Shown: positions 31,286-41,705 of the stretch, in pieces
How the letters are laid out: the number at the start of each line of letters is the position of its first letter
Numbering within the stretch: position 1 is the first letter of the stretch
Assembly: GCA_964647615.1 (NCBI GenBank)
Contig: CAZYIV010000007.1
Coordinates: 1,950-65,949 of the forward strand
Length of the DNA: 64,000 nucleotides
Source of the DNA: an uncultured Gemmatimonadaceae bacterium
GTDB lineage: Bacteria; Gemmatimonadota; Gemmatimonadetes; Gemmatimonadales; GWC2-71-9
Direction of reading: 5' to 3'
Position numbers and translations under genes: made by a program
Notes under the pieces: generated by a model
What the model was told of the DNA's origin: nothing
The model's database searches: none
The model's input: the letters and a program-made list of their open reading frames with translations, nothing else

Positions 31286-33984
31286 GCGGGCTCCGGCGGG
31301 GCGGGGACGAGTTCCGGCTCCTCGGGGACGACGGGCGGCGTCCCGACGAGCGGAATCGCCAGGTGAAACGCGGCTCCGCCGCCCGGCCGGGCCTCGGCCC
31401 ATACGCGTCCCCCGTGCGCCGTCACGATCCCTCGGGCGATGGTGAGCCCGAGGCCGGCGCCGGGGGCCGTCGCGCCGGCGCGCTCGAACTTCTCGAAGAT
31501 CCTCGCCTCCGTCCCGCTCGGCAGGCCGGGCCCGCGGTCCGCGACCGTCACGATGACGCGGCCCGGCTCATCCCGCGCGCTGACCTCGACCGGGGTCCCA
31601 GGCGGCGTGTGCTTGCCGGCGTTCTCCAGCAGGTTCACCAGGGCCTGCTCCAGCAGCACCTCGTCCACGGGGACCAGCGGCAGGTCCGGGGGCAGCGTGA
31701 CGCTGACGGGATGCCCCTCCAGGGCGGCGCCGGTCCGGTGCAGCGCCACCCCCACCAGGTCTGCGACGACATGCCAGTCCCGCTTCACCGTGAGGTCCCC
31801 GGATTCGAGTCGCACCATCTCCAGCAGGTTCGCGACCAGCTGGTGCATCCGATGGGACTCCTCCAGGACGGTGCCGGCGAGATCGCGCCGGAGGGGCGCG
31901 GGCTTCTCCGGTTCGGACAGGAGGGCGCTCGCGGCGCCCTCGATGACCCCGAGCGGCGTGCGGAGGTCGTGCGAGAGGGAGGACAGCAGCGCGGTGCGGA
32001 GGTGCTCGGCCTCGGCGAGGAGGTGCACCCGCCGGGCCTCATCCGCGATGTCGGTGCGCTCCAGCGCCACCGCGGCCTGGCCGATCATCGCCTCCAGCAG
32101 GTGGCGCTGGTCGGGGTCACCGAAGCGGTCGGCCGGCTCGGGGCGGATACCTACCACGCCGAGCCGCAGGCCCGGGGTGGCGAGGGGCACATAGAGGTAC
32201 TCCGCCGCGGGAAGCGTCTGGGTACCGCGGCCCGCCGGCTGCGCCTGCTCGAAGGCCCACTGGGCGACGGCGCGCTCCTTGGCCAGTTCGCCCCGGGGGG
32301 TCTCGGGCAGGCGTGCCATCAGCTCCAGGATGCCGCCCTCCCCGGGGAGGTACAGCGTGACGGCGCTGCCGAACAGGTCGTGCAGGTGGCGCAGCAGCAC
32401 CCGGGCGAGGCCCGCCCGCTGGCGGGCGGCGGCGAGGTCCCGGCTCAGGGCATACAGCGTCGCCGTGGTCCGTTCGCGAAGCCGGGCGGCCTCGGCCTGG
32501 CGCCGCACTCGTCCGGTCAGGTCGCCCATCACGAGCGCCACGACGAGCATCACCAGGAAGGTCAGGCCGAAACGCGCGTCCGAGACCGCGAGGGTGCCGA
32601 ACGGCGGCACGAACAGCACATCGAACAACAGGATCGCCAGGGTGGAGGCGACGGCGCTGGGCCCGCGGGAGCGGCGCGAGGCGACCAGGACCACGCCCAG
32701 CAGGTAGACCATCGCCACGTCCACCGCCGTCATGATGCTTCGGAGCGGCAGCAGCGCCAGCGTGATGCCGACGGGCACGAGCGCCGCGAGGGCGTAATCC
32801 CGCGGCGCGGCGCGGAGGCGGACCGACGGCAATCCCGGGGCCGGGCCCGGCTCGCGGGGGGCCGAGACCACGTGCACGTCGAGGCCGGCCCGCCCGATCA
32901 GCCACTGGGCCGGCGATCGCCGTCGCCACCAGCCGCGCCGTGGTCCGGGGGCCCCGACGACCAGGCGGGTGACGTTATGGGCCCGGGCGTATGCCAGGAT
33001 CTCCTCGCCGGGATGCTCCCCGGTGAGCCGCACCGACTGCCCGCCCAGTTGCTCGGCCAGCGTCAGGGCCCGCAGCACCGCGGCGCGGCGCTCCTCCCGT
33101 GGTACGAGGCCCGGTTGCTCAACGTGGAGCGCGGCGAAGGGGGCCCCCAGCCGGTCCGCGATGCGCCAGCCCGCGCGGACCAGGCGCGCGGGATCGGAGC
33201 CGTCCCCGAGGCAGACGAGCACCCGCTCCCCCGCGGCCCAGGTGCCCTGGATGCCCCGTTCCACCATGTAGCCGCGCATCTGCGCGTCCACCCGCTCGGC
33301 GGTGCGGCGCAGCGCGAGTTCCCGCAGCGCGATCAGGTTGCCGCGGCGGAAGAAGCCTTCGAGGGCCCGTTCCGCCTGGGCCGGGAGGTAGACCTTGCCC
33401 TCGCGCAGCCGCTGCAGCAGCACGTCGGCGGAGACATCCACCAGCTCGATCTCATCGGCGCCCTCGAGCACCGCGTCGGGCACCGTCTCCCGCACCCGGA
33501 CGCCGGTGATCTGCGCCACGACGTCGTTGAGGCTCTCGAGGTGCTGGACGTTGACCGTGGTGTAGACGTCAATCCCCGCCGCGCGCAGCTCGGCGACATC
33601 CTGCCACCGCTTCTCGTGCCGACAGCCGGGGGCGTTGGTGTGGGCGAGCTCGTCCACGAGGAGGAGGGCCGGGCGGCGGGCGAGGGCGGCATCGAGGTCG
33701 AACTCCTCGAGTCCGGTCCCACGGTACTCGAGGTGATGGCGCGGGAGCACTTCCAGGCCGGTGAGCAGGCTGGCGGTCTCACCGCGGCCGTGCGTCTCCA
33801 CCACGCCGACGACCACATCCAGGCCCTGGTCCTGGGCGGCCCGGCCGGCCTGCAGCATGGCGTAGGTCTTCCCGACGCCGGGCGTGGCGCCGAAGAAGAC
33901 CTTCAACCGTCCGCGGGTGAGGCGGACTTCCTCGGCCTGGACCAGGCGGAGGAGGAGGTCGGGGTCGGGGCGGGGCTCGTTCAC
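31282..33984 (-). CDS. kdpD: KdpD sensor histidine kinase
   Basis: GTG start. N-terminal KdpD domain with GATPGVGKTYAML, a USP-like region, 4 TM, the H-box LSSLSHDLRTPL and an HATPase C-terminus (NLLENAGKH...DRGPGLP...GAGLGLTI). Confidence 0.9.
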   Translation of the reverse strand: MNEPRPDPDLLLRLVQAEEVRLTRGRLKVFFGATPGVGKTYAMLQAGRAAQDQGLDVVVGVVETHGRGETASLLTGLEVLPRHHLEYRGTGLEEFDLDAALARRPALLLVDELAHTNAPGCRHEKRWQDVAELRAAGIDVYTTVNVQHLESLNDVVAQITGVRVRETVPDAVLEGADEIELVDVSADVLLQRLREGKVYLPAQAERALEGFFRRGNLIALRELALRRTAERVDAQMRGYMVERGIQGTWAAGERVLVCLGDGSDPARLVRAGWRIADRLGAPFAALHVEQPGLVPREERRAAVLRALTLAEQLGGQSVRLTGEHPGEEILAYARAHNVTRLVVGAPGPRRGWWRRRSPAQWLIGRAGLDVHVVSAPREPGPAPGLPSVRLRAAPRDYALAALVPVGITLALLPLRSIMTAVDVAMVYLLGVVLVASRRSRGPSAVASTLAILLFDVLFVPPFGTLAVSDARFGLTFLVMLVVALVMGDLTGRVRRQAEAARLRERTTATLYALSRDLAAARQRAGLARVLLRHLHDLFGSAVTLYLPGEGGILELMARLPETPRGELAKERAVAQWAFEQAQPAGRGTQTLPAAEYLYVPLATPGLRLGVVGIRPEPADRFGDPDQRHLLEAMIGQAAVALERTDIADEARRVHLLAEAEHLRTALLSSLSHDLRTPLGVIEGAASALLSEPEKPAPLRRDLAGTVLEESHRMHQLVANLLEMVRLESGDLTVKRDWHVVADLVGVALHRTGAALEGHPVSVTLPPDLPLVPVDEVLLEQALVNLLENAGKHTPPGTPVEVSARDEPGRVIVTVADRGPGLPSGTEARIFEKFERAGATAPGAGLGLTIARGIVTAHGGRVWAEARPGGGAAFHLAIPLVGTPPVVPEEPELVPAPPEPA

Positions 33985-34050
33985 GGGTGCGGGCGTCCGG
34001 CGGTGGGGAGCCGGATCCTGCGGGGAAGGTAACGCGGTGGGGCCGGCAAC

Positions 34051-34626
34051 CTAGGGGCGGCCCGGCGCGAGGCTGTCGAGCGCCAGGTTGAGCTGCAGGA
34101 CGTTGACCCGGGGCTCTCCCAGCAGGCCGAACTGCGGCGCCTCGATGCGCCGGATCACCAGGCCCTGAACCGATGCGGGCGACAGCCCGCGGGCCCGGGC
34201 CACACGCGGCACCTGCGCCAGCGCCGCCGCCGGCGAGAGGTCAGGGTCGAGGCCCGAGGCGCTCGCGGTGACGAGGTCCGCGGGGACCCGGCCCCGGACC
34301 ACGCCCTCCCGCTCCACCGCCGAGTCCACCGTCAGGCCGACCAGGCTGTCAAGCCGCCGGCTGGTGGGGCCGAGGTTGCGGCCGCCGGAGGCGGTGCCAT
34401 CGTACCCGCCCGCGGAGGGGCGGCCGTGGAACCACTGGTCCCCCGACCATGCCTGGCCGATCAATCGGCTCCCGACCACCGCGCCATCGCGGCGCAGCAA
34501 CGAACCCGTGGCCTGGGCCGGGAACAGCAGCCGGGCCAGCCCGGTGACGATGGCCGGGTAGCCCAGGCCGGTGAGGAGCATGAGGAGCAGGGTGAGGGCG
34601 AGGGCAGGCCGGAGCTGTCGCAGCAT
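34051..34626 (-). CDS. kdpC: K+-transporting ATPase subunit C
   Basis: 191 aa. MLRQLRPALALTLLLMLLTGLGYPAIVTGLARLLFPAQATGSL...SGLDPDLSPAAA is typical of KdpC. It lies directly downstream of kdpB. Confidence 0.9.
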   Translation of the reverse strand: MLRQLRPALALTLLLMLLTGLGYPAIVTGLARLLFPAQATGSLLRRDGAVVGSRLIGQAWSGDQWFHGRPSAGGYDGTASGGRNLGPTSRRLDSLVGLTVDSAVEREGVVRGRVPADLVTASASGLDPDLSPAAALAQVPRVARARGLSPASVQGLVIRRIEAPQFGLLGEPRVNVLQLNLALDSLAPGRP

Positions 34627-34627
34627 G

Positions 34628-36697
34628 TCAGGCGAGTCCGAGGGCGGTGACGAGGAGGTCGATCAGCTTGATCCCGGCGAAGGGGACCACCAGCCCGCCC
34701 AGCCCATAGACCAGCAGGTTGCGGCGGAGCGTGGCGGCCGCGGGCGCGGGGCGATACGCCACGCCCCGGAGCGCCAGCGGGATCAGCGCCACGATCACCA
34801 GGGCGTTGAAGATGACGCTGCTCAGGATGGCCGAATCCGGGCTCGCCAGCCGCATCACGTTGAGCGCGGCGAGGGCGGGGTAGGTGCCGAGGAAGATCGC
34901 CGGGATGATGGCGAAGTACTTGGCGACGTCGTTGGCCACGGAGAAGGTGGTGAGCGCGCCGCGGGTCATGAGCAGCTGCTTCCCGATCTCCACCACCTCG
35001 ATCAGCTTGGTCGGGTTGCTGTCGAGGTCCACCATGTTCCCCGCTTCGCGGGCGGCCTGGGTGCCGGTGTTCATCGCCACGCCGACATCGGCCTGGGCGA
35101 GCGCGGGCGCGTCGTTGGTGCCGTCCCCGGTCATCGCCACCAGGCGGCCCCCGGCCTGCTCCTTCCGGATGAGCGCGAGCTTCTGCTCCGGCGTCGCCTC
35201 GGCGAGGTAGTCGTCCACTCCGGCCTCGGCGGCGATGGCGGCCGCGGTGAGGGGGTTGTCGCCGGTGATCATGATGGTGCGGATGCCCATGGCGCGGAGC
35301 CGGCCGAAGCGTTCCTTGATCCCGCCCTTCACCACGTCCTTCAGGTGCACCACGCCCAGCACCCGGGCCGCCCCGACGGACCGCTCGGCCACGACCAGCG
35401 GGGTCCCGCCACCGCGGGCGACGGTCGCCACCATCTCGCGTACCGCGGCGGGGACGTCCGTGCCGCACGCCTCCATCCAGCGGGCGATGGCATCGGCCGC
35501 GCCCTTCCGGATCTCGAGTCCTACACGGTCCACGCCGCTCATGCGGGTGGCCGCGGTGAAGGGGACGAAGTGCAGCGCCGGGGCAGTGTCGGTTCCCTGG
35601 GCGGTGCGGGCGCGCAGGCCGTACCGGGTCTTGGCCAGCACCACGATGCTCCGGCCCTCGGGGGTCTCGTCCGGCAGCGAGGCGAGTTGGGCCCGGTCGG
35701 CAAGCTCCTCGGCGCCGACGCCCGGGGCGGGCAGGAACTCGGCCGCCTGGCGGTTGCCGAGGGTGATGGTACCTGTCTTGTCGAGCAGCAGCGTGTTGAC
35801 GTCCCCCGCCGCCTCTACCGCCCGACCGCTGGTGGCGATGACGTTGTGCTGCAGCAGCCGGTCCATCCCGGCGATGCCGATGGCGGAGAGCAGCCCGCCG
35901 ATGGTCGTGGGGATCAGGCAGACCAGCAGCGCGACCAGCACCGGCAGGGAGACGTCGCCGCCGCTGTAGCGGGCCAGGGGCAGGAGGGTGCCGACGGCCA
36001 GGAGGAAGACCAGCGTGAGGCCGGCGAGCAGGATGGTGAGGGCGACCTCGTTGGGGGTCTTCTGCCGGCTGGCGCCCTCGACCAGCGCGATCATCCGGTC
36101 GATGAACGTCTCGCCGGGGTTGGCGGTGACACGGATGACCAGCCAGTCGGAGAGCACCAGCGTGCCTCCCGTGACAGCCGAGCGGTCGCCACCCGCCTCC
36201 CGGATCACCGGCGCCGATTCGCCGGTGATGGCGGCCTCGTTCACCGAGGCGACGCCCTCCACCACCTCGCCGTCGGCGGGGATGAGGTCTCCGGCCTTCA
36301 CGATCAGGTGGTCGCCGCGGCGCAGCGTGCTGGCGAAGACTTCCTCGAAGTCGAGCCTGTCGCCCGGCCGCGCCAGCCGCTTGGCTCGCATCGCCTCCCG
36401 GGTGCCCCGGAGGGCGTCGGCCTGGGCCTTGCCCCGGCCCTCCGCCATGGCCTCCGCGAAGTTGGCAAAGAGCACCGTGAACCAGAGCCACAGGGACAAC
36501 TGCAGCTCGAATCGGACGGCACCGCCGGTGACGAGGCTGCGGAGCAGCGCCAGCGTCGTCAGCGCGCTGCCCACGAGTACCACGAACATCACCGGATTGC
36601 GGGCCTGGAGGCGGGGGTCGAGCTTGCGCACCGACTCCCGGAGCGCCCGGCGGACGATGGCCGGGTCGAGGAGCGGCCGGGCGGCGCCGGGGGCCAT
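34628..36697 (-). CDS. kdpB: K+-transporting P-type ATPase subunit B
   Basis: Start at [29 protein letters not shown]-type motifs DKTGTIT, MITGDN and [10 protein letters not shown] are present. The 1225-aa ORF in the track is an out-of-frame 5' extension over kdpA. Confidence 0.95.
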   Translation of the reverse strand: MAPGAARPLLDPAIVRRALRESVRKLDPRLQARNPVMFVVLVGSALTTLALLRSLVTGGAVRFELQLSLWLWFTVLFANFAEAMAEGRGKAQADALRGTREAMRAKRLARPGDRLDFEEVFASTLRRGDHLIVKAGDLIPADGEVVEGVASVNEAAITGESAPVIREAGGDRSAVTGGTLVLSDWLVIRVTANPGETFIDRMIALVEGASRQKTPNEVALTILLAGLTLVFLLAVGTLLPLARYSGGDVSLPVLVALLVCLIPTTIGGLLSAIGIAGMDRLLQHNVIATSGRAVEAAGDVNTLLLDKTGTITLGNRQAAEFLPAPGVGAEELADRAQLASLPDETPEGRSIVVLAKTRYGLRARTAQGTDTAPALHFVPFTAATRMSGVDRVGLEIRKGAADAIARWMEACGTDVPAAVREMVATVARGGGTPLVVAERSVGAARVLGVVHLKDVVKGGIKERFGRLRAMGIRTIMITGDNPLTAAAIAAEAGVDDYLAEATPEQKLALIRKEQAGGRLVAMTGDGTNDAPALAQADVGVAMNTGTQAAREAGNMVDLDSNPTKLIEVVEIGKQLLMTRGALTTFSVANDVAKYFAIIPAIFLGTYPALAALNVMRLASPDSAILSSVIFNALVIVALIPLALRGVAYRPAPAAATLRRNLLVYGLGGLVVPFAGIKLIDLLVTALGLA

Positions 36698-38412
36698 CAG
36701 AACAGCCCTCCGGTGCGCAGGACCAGGTGTTCCACGATCGGTCCGAGGGCCAGCGCCGGGAACCAGGTCAGGGCACCCACGATCACGATGACCCCCACCA
36801 GCAGGGTCCCGAAGAGCGGCCCGCTCACCGGAAAGCTGCCGGCATCCTCCGCCACCGGGGTCTGCTCGCCGAGGAAGCCGGCGAGGGCCAGCACAGGCAT
36901 CATGAGTGCGAATCGCCCGACCAGCATCGTGAGCCCGAGCAGGGTGTTGTACCAGGTCGAGGCGCCGTTGAGCCCGGCGAATGCGCTGCCGTTGTTGGCG
37001 CCCGCGGAGGTGAAGGCGTAGAGCACCTCGCTCAGGCCGTGCGGGCCGGCATTGCCCAGGCCGGCGAGGCCGGGGCCGGTGGCGAGGGAGAGCGCGGTGA
37101 GCGGCAGCACGATCGCGGGATAGGCCAGGAGGTAGAGCATCACCACCTGCACCTCCCGACGCCGGATCCGCTTGCCGAGGTACGTGGGCGTGCGCCCCAC
37201 CATCAGGCCCGCCAGGAAGACCGTCAGCACCACCATCACGACCAGGCCATACAGGCCGGCGCCGACCCCGCCGAAGATCACCTCGCCCAGGTGCATGTTG
37301 ACGAGGAGGACCAGCCCGCCCAGCGGGGTGAAGCTGTCGTGCATCGCGTTCACCGCGCCGCACGAGGCGGCGGTGGTGAGCGTGGCGTAGAGCGCCGAGT
37401 TCACCACCCCGAAGCGTACTTCCTTGCCTTCCATGTTGCCCCCGGGGGCTAGCGCCGAGGACGCGATCTCCATCCCGTGCGCCGCGTGCACCGGGTTGCC
37501 GGCGGCCTCCGCCGCCCAGGCCACCAGGACGCCCGTCGCGAGCAGCGCGGCCATGGCCCCCCAGAGGGTCCAGCCGTGCCGCCGCTGGCCGACCTGGTCT
37601 CCGAGGACCCAGAGGAGGCCCGCGGGGATCAGCATGATGGAGAGCATCGAGAGCAGGTTGCTGAGTGGCGTCGGGTTCTCGAACGGGTGGGCGGCGTTGG
37701 CGTTGAAGAAGCCGCCGCCGTTGGTGCCCAGCTGCTTGATCGCTTCCTGGCTCGCGACCGGCCCCATCGGCAGGACCTGTGTCATGCCCGAGGGTGTCGT
37801 GAGGTGCAGGTTGGGGGCGAAGTTCTGGATCACGCCCTGCTGCACCAGCACCAGGGCCAGCACGAGCGAGAGCGGCAGGAGGATGTAGAGGATGACGCGC
37901 ACCAGGTCGGCCCAGACATTGCCCACCCGGCCCCCGGTGTGCCCCGCGAGGCCGCGAATCAGCGCCATCGCCACGCCGATCCCCACGGCCGCAGAGGCGA
38001 AGTTCTGGAACGCCAGCAGCGCCATCTGCGAGAAGTACGACATCGTCGTCTCGCCGGCGTAGGACTGCCAGTTGGTGTTGCTCGTGAAGCTGGCGGCGGT
38101 CTCGAAGGCCTGGCGCGGCGCGAGGGCTGGCAGGTGCTGCGGGTTCCAGGGCAGCAGCGGCTGCAACCGGAGCCCGGCATACACGACGAGCATCGAGACC
38201 AGGCTGAACGCCAGGAGCCCCGCCGCATACCGGGTCCACGGCTGGTCCTCGGCGGGGTCCACTCCCGCGAGCCGGTACAACCAGCGCTCCGGCCAGGCGA
38301 GCCATTGTTGCCGGCCCGCCAGGACCGACTGGAGGTAGCGCCCGGTCGGCCCGGTGAGGAGCGCGAGGATCCCGAAGTACAGGGCGACCTGTGCCCAGCC
38401 GCGCGCGGTCAT
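36697..38412 (-). CDS. kdpA: K+-transporting ATPase subunit A
   Basis: Start at [27 protein letters not shown]. 571 aa, polytopic, with KdpA-like selectivity-filter regions ([15 protein letters not shown]). Its stop shares one nt with the kdpB ATG. Confidence 0.95.
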   Translation of the reverse strand: MTARGWAQVALYFGILALLTGPTGRYLQSVLAGRQQWLAWPERWLYRLAGVDPAEDQPWTRYAAGLLAFSLVSMLVVYAGLRLQPLLPWNPQHLPALAPRQAFETAASFTSNTNWQSYAGETTMSYFSQMALLAFQNFASAAVGIGVAMALIRGLAGHTGGRVGNVWADLVRVILYILLPLSLVLALVLVQQGVIQNFAPNLHLTTPSGMTQVLPMGPVASQEAIKQLGTNGGGFFNANAAHPFENPTPLSNLLSMLSIMLIPAGLLWVLGDQVGQRRHGWTLWGAMAALLATGVLVAWAAEAAGNPVHAAHGMEIASSALAPGGNMEGKEVRFGVVNSALYATLTTAASCGAVNAMHDSFTPLGGLVLLVNMHLGEVIFGGVGAGLYGLVVMVVLTVFLAGLMVGRTPTYLGKRIRRREVQVVMLYLLAYPAIVLPLTALSLATGPGLAGLGNAGPHGLSEVLYAFTSAGANNGSAFAGLNGASTWYNTLLGLTMLVGRFALMMPVLALAGFLGEQTPVAEDAGSFPVSGPLFGTLLVGVIVIVGALTWFPALALGPIVEHLVLRTGGLF

Positions 38413-38413
38413 G

Positions 38414-38503
38414 TCAGTAGCGCTCCGGACACAGCAGCGCGTGCACCAGGTACCCCGCGAGCACCAGTGCGACCACCAGGGCAACGAACAGGTCAGCGCG
38501 CAT
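38414..38503 (-). CDS. kdpF: K+-transporting ATPase subunit F
   Basis: My own translation gives MRADLFVALVVALVLAGYLVHALLCPERY (29 aa, single TM, KdpF-like ..LL.PER[FY] end). The stop lies 1 nt before the kdpA ATG. This ORF is not in the supplied track. Confidence 0.7.
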   Translation of the reverse strand: MRADLFVALVVALVLAGYLVHALLCPERY

Positions 38504-38683
38504 GCCGCTCGTCCCGGCCCGCCGCGCCCAGCCTGGCGAGGGCCTGGCCGAAGGCGTCCATCAGGAGGAAGACCAGCGAGGTTCCAGCGACGAAGGCGGC
38601 ATCCGGCACGGCGACTCCACGGGGGGGACACCCGCCAAGGTAGGAGTCAGTGCCTCAGGGAGGTGTCCGGGCCAGTCTGCGCC

Positions 38684-38702
38684 GCATCAAGGAAGCATCA
38701 AG
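38684..38702 (-). promoter_or_regulatory. direct repeat CTTGATGC x2 (11-bp period), candidate KdpE (OmpR-type) binding site
   Basis: The plus strand reads GCATCAAG at 38684..38691 and again at 38695..38702, about 180-200 nt upstream of the kdpF ATG. OmpR-family regulators bind direct repeats one helical turn apart. Confidence 0.35.
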
Positions 38703-38725
38703 ATCGGGAGACCGTCTCCACCGGC

Positions 38726-39592
38726 CTATCCGCGGCCGGCGGCGCCCGTTGGCGCGCCGGCATAGAAGTCCGCGCACTCGGACTCGCGTCCCCGCACCAC
38801 CCGCCGCCCCGCGAGCGGGCCGCTCCGGGCGGTGACGACTGTCGCCTGGTGTTCCTCGTGGTCGCCATCGGAGTAGATGACCACCCAGTCGCGGGTGCGG
38901 CCGAGCCGGTGGGCCTGCGCGGTGTTGGAGAAGAGCGCCGTGAAGTGCCGGGGGCCATGGGCCGTGTGCAGCACCGGCAGCCAGCTCCGATGCCCCGGGT
39001 TGAAGCGCCGGGGAGCGATGGTCGGCAGCCGGCCCGCGGCGGCGGCGTCGATGTATTCCCGGTCCACCTCGAGCAGTTCCCGCACCGTGGGCTCGGCGGG
39101 CGCCGCGGGCTCGGCACGGCGTGTCCGGCCGAGTCGCTGGGCCAGCGCCGCCTGGATGCCGGCGATGCGCCGGGGGCCGAAGCCGCGGAGGGCCGCCAGC
39201 CGCCCGTCGTGCGCCGCAGCCTCGAGGTCCTCGAGGGTATGCAGGCCGAGCTCGTCGTGCAGGCGCTGGGCGAATCCCGGCCCGATGCCGGGAATGCTGG
39301 CGAGCAGGCGCACCGGATCGGCTTCGCCCCGCAACCGCTCCAGCATCGGGAGCCGGCCGGTCGTGACGAGGTCGCGGATGGCCCGGCCGATCGCCGGACC
39401 GATGCCGGGGAGCGCCTCGAGCGCCTCGAGGCCGCCCGCCTGGTACCGGGTGGCGACCGGTTCGGGGAGGCGCCGCAGGACCTCCGCCGCATGGCGATAG
39501 GCGCGGACCCGGAAGGGCGAGGCCTGCTGGTCCGTCAGCAGGCCCGCGACCTCATCCAGGCGCGCCGCGATCACGGCGTTCGGCGGGTTCAT
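38726..39592 (-). CDS. helix-hairpin-helix (Pol X N-terminal-like) DNA-binding protein with unknown C-terminal domain
   Basis: Start at MNPPNAVIAARLDEVAGLLTDQQASPFRVRAYRHAAEVL. Two HhH GIG motifs (LPGIGPAIGRAI, IPGIGPGFAQRL). No polymerase palm motifs were seen in the ~110-aa C-terminal part. Confidence 0.6.
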   Translation of the reverse strand: MNPPNAVIAARLDEVAGLLTDQQASPFRVRAYRHAAEVLRRLPEPVATRYQAGGLEALEALPGIGPAIGRAIRDLVTTGRLPMLERLRGEADPVRLLASIPGIGPGFAQRLHDELGLHTLEDLEAAAHDGRLAALRGFGPRRIAGIQAALAQRLGRTRRAEPAAPAEPTVRELLEVDREYIDAAAAGRLPTIAPRRFNPGHRSWLPVLHTAHGPRHFTALFSNTAQAHRLGRTRDWVVIYSDGDHEEHQATVVTARSGPLAGRRVVRGRESECADFYAGAPTGAAGRG

Positions 39593-39609
39593 CGCGTCCG
39601 ACCTTTCCG

Positions 39610-40953
39610 CTACAGCGCCGTGGGGAAGGTCTCCGGCAGCTCGGCCTCGCCCCGCTCCCACGCCGGTGTGCGCTCCAGCGGCTCGACGGCCCGGGTGTGG
39701 TCGTAGTGGAGCACGGCGTCGAACTGCTCGGGCAGGCGCGCGTGGAAGTAGTGACTCAGGCGTTCCGTCTCCGGCCGGTAGATCACCCCGATCGCGCGTT
39801 CCAGGTGCGGGTGGCGCAGCGCCCTGGCGGCCACACTCCCCGGCTGCAGGTCGAGGTAGAAGTTGCCCACGCCCGTCCCGTGGAAGAGGGCCTCGACGCT
39901 GCCGGCCAGGGCCGGCCGCACGGTCTTGCGCTCGGCCGGGTGGCCCCAGTCCGACGCCGCAGTGACGGTGCCGGCGTAGGTCGTGAAGCCCACGAGGAGC
40001 GCTTCCGGACCCCAGCGGTCGCGGGCGAGCTGCCCCAGCGTGAGCTGTCCCTGCTCACCCATCTCGGTGGCGCGCGCATCGCCCTGGTGCGAGTTGTGGG
40101 CCCACACCACCACGCGGTGCGTCCGTCCCAGCCGGGCGAGGAAGGCGGTCAGCGCCTCGAGCGTTTCCGCCATGTGGCGGTCCCGCAGGTTCCAGGACCC
40201 GGTCTGGCTGCGGAACATCTCCCGGTAGTACCGCTCCGCCGTCGCCACGACGCTGGCGTTGCGTTCCGCGAAGAACAGGTCGTCGGGCTCGACCCGGCCA
40301 TCCCGCCGGGCATAGTCCGAGGCGGCCCGGCGCAGCTCGACCAGCTGGGTGAGCACCTCGCGCTCGCAGGACGGGGTGAGGCCCAGCGTCGTGGCGTAGC
40401 CGTACTCCTGCGGGTCCGGGCCGAAGTGATCGAAACAGGCATAGCGCCGGGCCGCGCGCTCGGCGGCCTCCGGATCCACGATGCGGAGGTATGCAATCAC
40501 CGCCGCCATCGAGCTGTGCAGGCTGTACAGATCGAGCCCGTAGAAGCCGACCCGGGCCGCCGGATTGGGCCGGGTGTCGTTCCAGGCCCGCAGCCAGCCG
40601 ACGAAGTCGAGCACATCGGCGTTGCGCCACATCCACTGGGGGAACCGCTGGAATCCGCGGAGAGCCTCCTCCGCGTCGTCGTCGCCCGGACGCCCCCGGA
40701 CGAACTGGTTCACCCGCCAGGCATCGGGCCAGTCGGCCTCCACCGCGACCGCGCGAAAGCCGTGGTCGCGAATCAGGTGCTTGGTGATCTCGGCCCGGAT
40801 CCGGTAGAACTCGTGGGTTCCGTGGGAGGCCTCCCCCAGCAGCACCACCCGGGCCCCCGCGGCGCGGCCCAGGAGCGGGACGAAGTCGCGGGGCGCCCCC
40901 TCGAGCCGCCACGCGGCACTGGCGAGCGCGTGCATCTCCGCCGTGTCAGGCAT
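39610..40953 (-). CDS. erythromycin-esterase-family protein
   Basis: GGAGG lies 7 nt upstream of ATG 40953. VVLLGEASHGTHEFYRIRAEITKHLI...FRAVAVEADWPDA is typical of the Ere/ChaN-like family. Confidence 0.8.
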   Translation of the reverse strand: MPDTAEMHALASAAWRLEGAPRDFVPLLGRAAGARVVLLGEASHGTHEFYRIRAEITKHLIRDHGFRAVAVEADWPDAWRVNQFVRGRPGDDDAEEALRGFQRFPQWMWRNADVLDFVGWLRAWNDTRPNPAARVGFYGLDLYSLHSSMAAVIAYLRIVDPEAAERAARRYACFDHFGPDPQEYGYATTLGLTPSCEREVLTQLVELRRAASDYARRDGRVEPDDLFFAERNASVVATAERYYREMFRSQTGSWNLRDRHMAETLEALTAFLARLGRTHRVVVWAHNSHQGDARATEMGEQGQLTLGQLARDRWGPEALLVGFTTYAGTVTAASDWGHPAERKTVRPALAGSVEALFHGTGVGNFYLDLQPGSVAARALRHPHLERAIGVIYRPETERLSHYFHARLPEQFDAVLHYDHTRAVEPLERTPAWERGEAELPETFPTAL

Positions 40954-41617
40954 GGTGCACCTCCGATGCGCCGGCGGCCGCGGTGGCCTCGAGCAGCGGG
41001 AGCACGTCGGCATCGGTGAGCTGCCGGAAGTCGCGATACCACGCGCCGACCCCGTAGAACGGCTCGGGAATGGCGACGGCGATGCAGAGATCTGCCTCGC
41101 GGGCGAGCAGGTCGCGCGCCTGCTGGGACATCACGGGGGCGGCGACCACGAGGCTGGCGGGGTGCTGCTGCCGGACGGCGCGCAGCGCCGCCAGCATGGT
41201 GGAGCCGGTGGCGACGCCATCATCCACCAGCACCACCGTGGCGCCCGCGAGCGGCGGCCGGGGACGGTGGCCTCGGTAGGCATGCTCGCGGCGCACCAGT
41301 TCCACCTGCTCCCGCCGGGTCACCTCTTCCAGCGTCCCGGGTGGAAGCGCAATCAGGTCCAGGACCTCCGGGTTGAGCACCCGGACCCCGCCACTGGCCA
41401 CGGCCCCCATGGCGAGCTCGGGTTGGAACGGGATGCCGAGCTTGCGCACGAGGAAAATGTCGAGCCGGCCGTGCAGGGCACGGGCAACTTCCGCGGCGAC
41501 CGGAACTCCACCGCGTGGCAGGCCGAGGATCACCAGATTCGGAAGACCGGCGAGGTGCCGGAGCGGCGACGCGAGCTGCCGCCCGGCATCGGCACGATCA
41601 AGGAAAAGCGCTGCCAT
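40946..41617 (-). CDS. phosphoribosyltransferase-family protein
   Basis: A GGAGG RBS precedes the start. Start at MAALFLDRADAGRQLASPL. PRPP-binding loop VVLVDDGVATGSTM. The gene overlaps the downstream gene by 8 nt. Confidence 0.8.
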   Translation of the reverse strand: MAALFLDRADAGRQLASPLRHLAGLPNLVILGLPRGGVPVAAEVARALHGRLDIFLVRKLGIPFQPELAMGAVASGGVRVLNPEVLDLIALPPGTLEEVTRREQVELVRREHAYRGHRPRPPLAGATVVLVDDGVATGSTMLAALRAVRQQHPASLVVAAPVMSQQARDLLAREADLCIAVAIPEPFYGVGAWYRDFRQLTDADVLPLLEATAAAGASEVHHA

Positions 41618-41705
41618 GGGACCTCCTCTGCACCACACTTCGAAGCATCACCCGACCGGGCCGCAAGCCATCACGGTCACGGCACCGGAACAGCGGCGGG
41701 GCGCG

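Noticed and set aside
34628-38305. Apparent 1225-aa KdpA-KdpB-spanning ORF
   Set aside because: Only the C-terminal 689 aa (from ATG 36697) are KdpB. The upstream part is an Arg/Pro/Gly-rich alternative frame of kdpA. kdpA itself is read in another frame (36697..38412).
38504-38683. Possible riboswitch (for example c-di-AMP type) or 22-codon uORF (ATG at 38561, minus strand) in the kdp leader
   Set aside because: I could not recognise any riboswitch consensus by eye, only one simple 7-bp pairing. The uORF lacks an RBS and overlaps the kdpF start out of frame. This is left as an open check under the kdp finding rather than reported as a feature.
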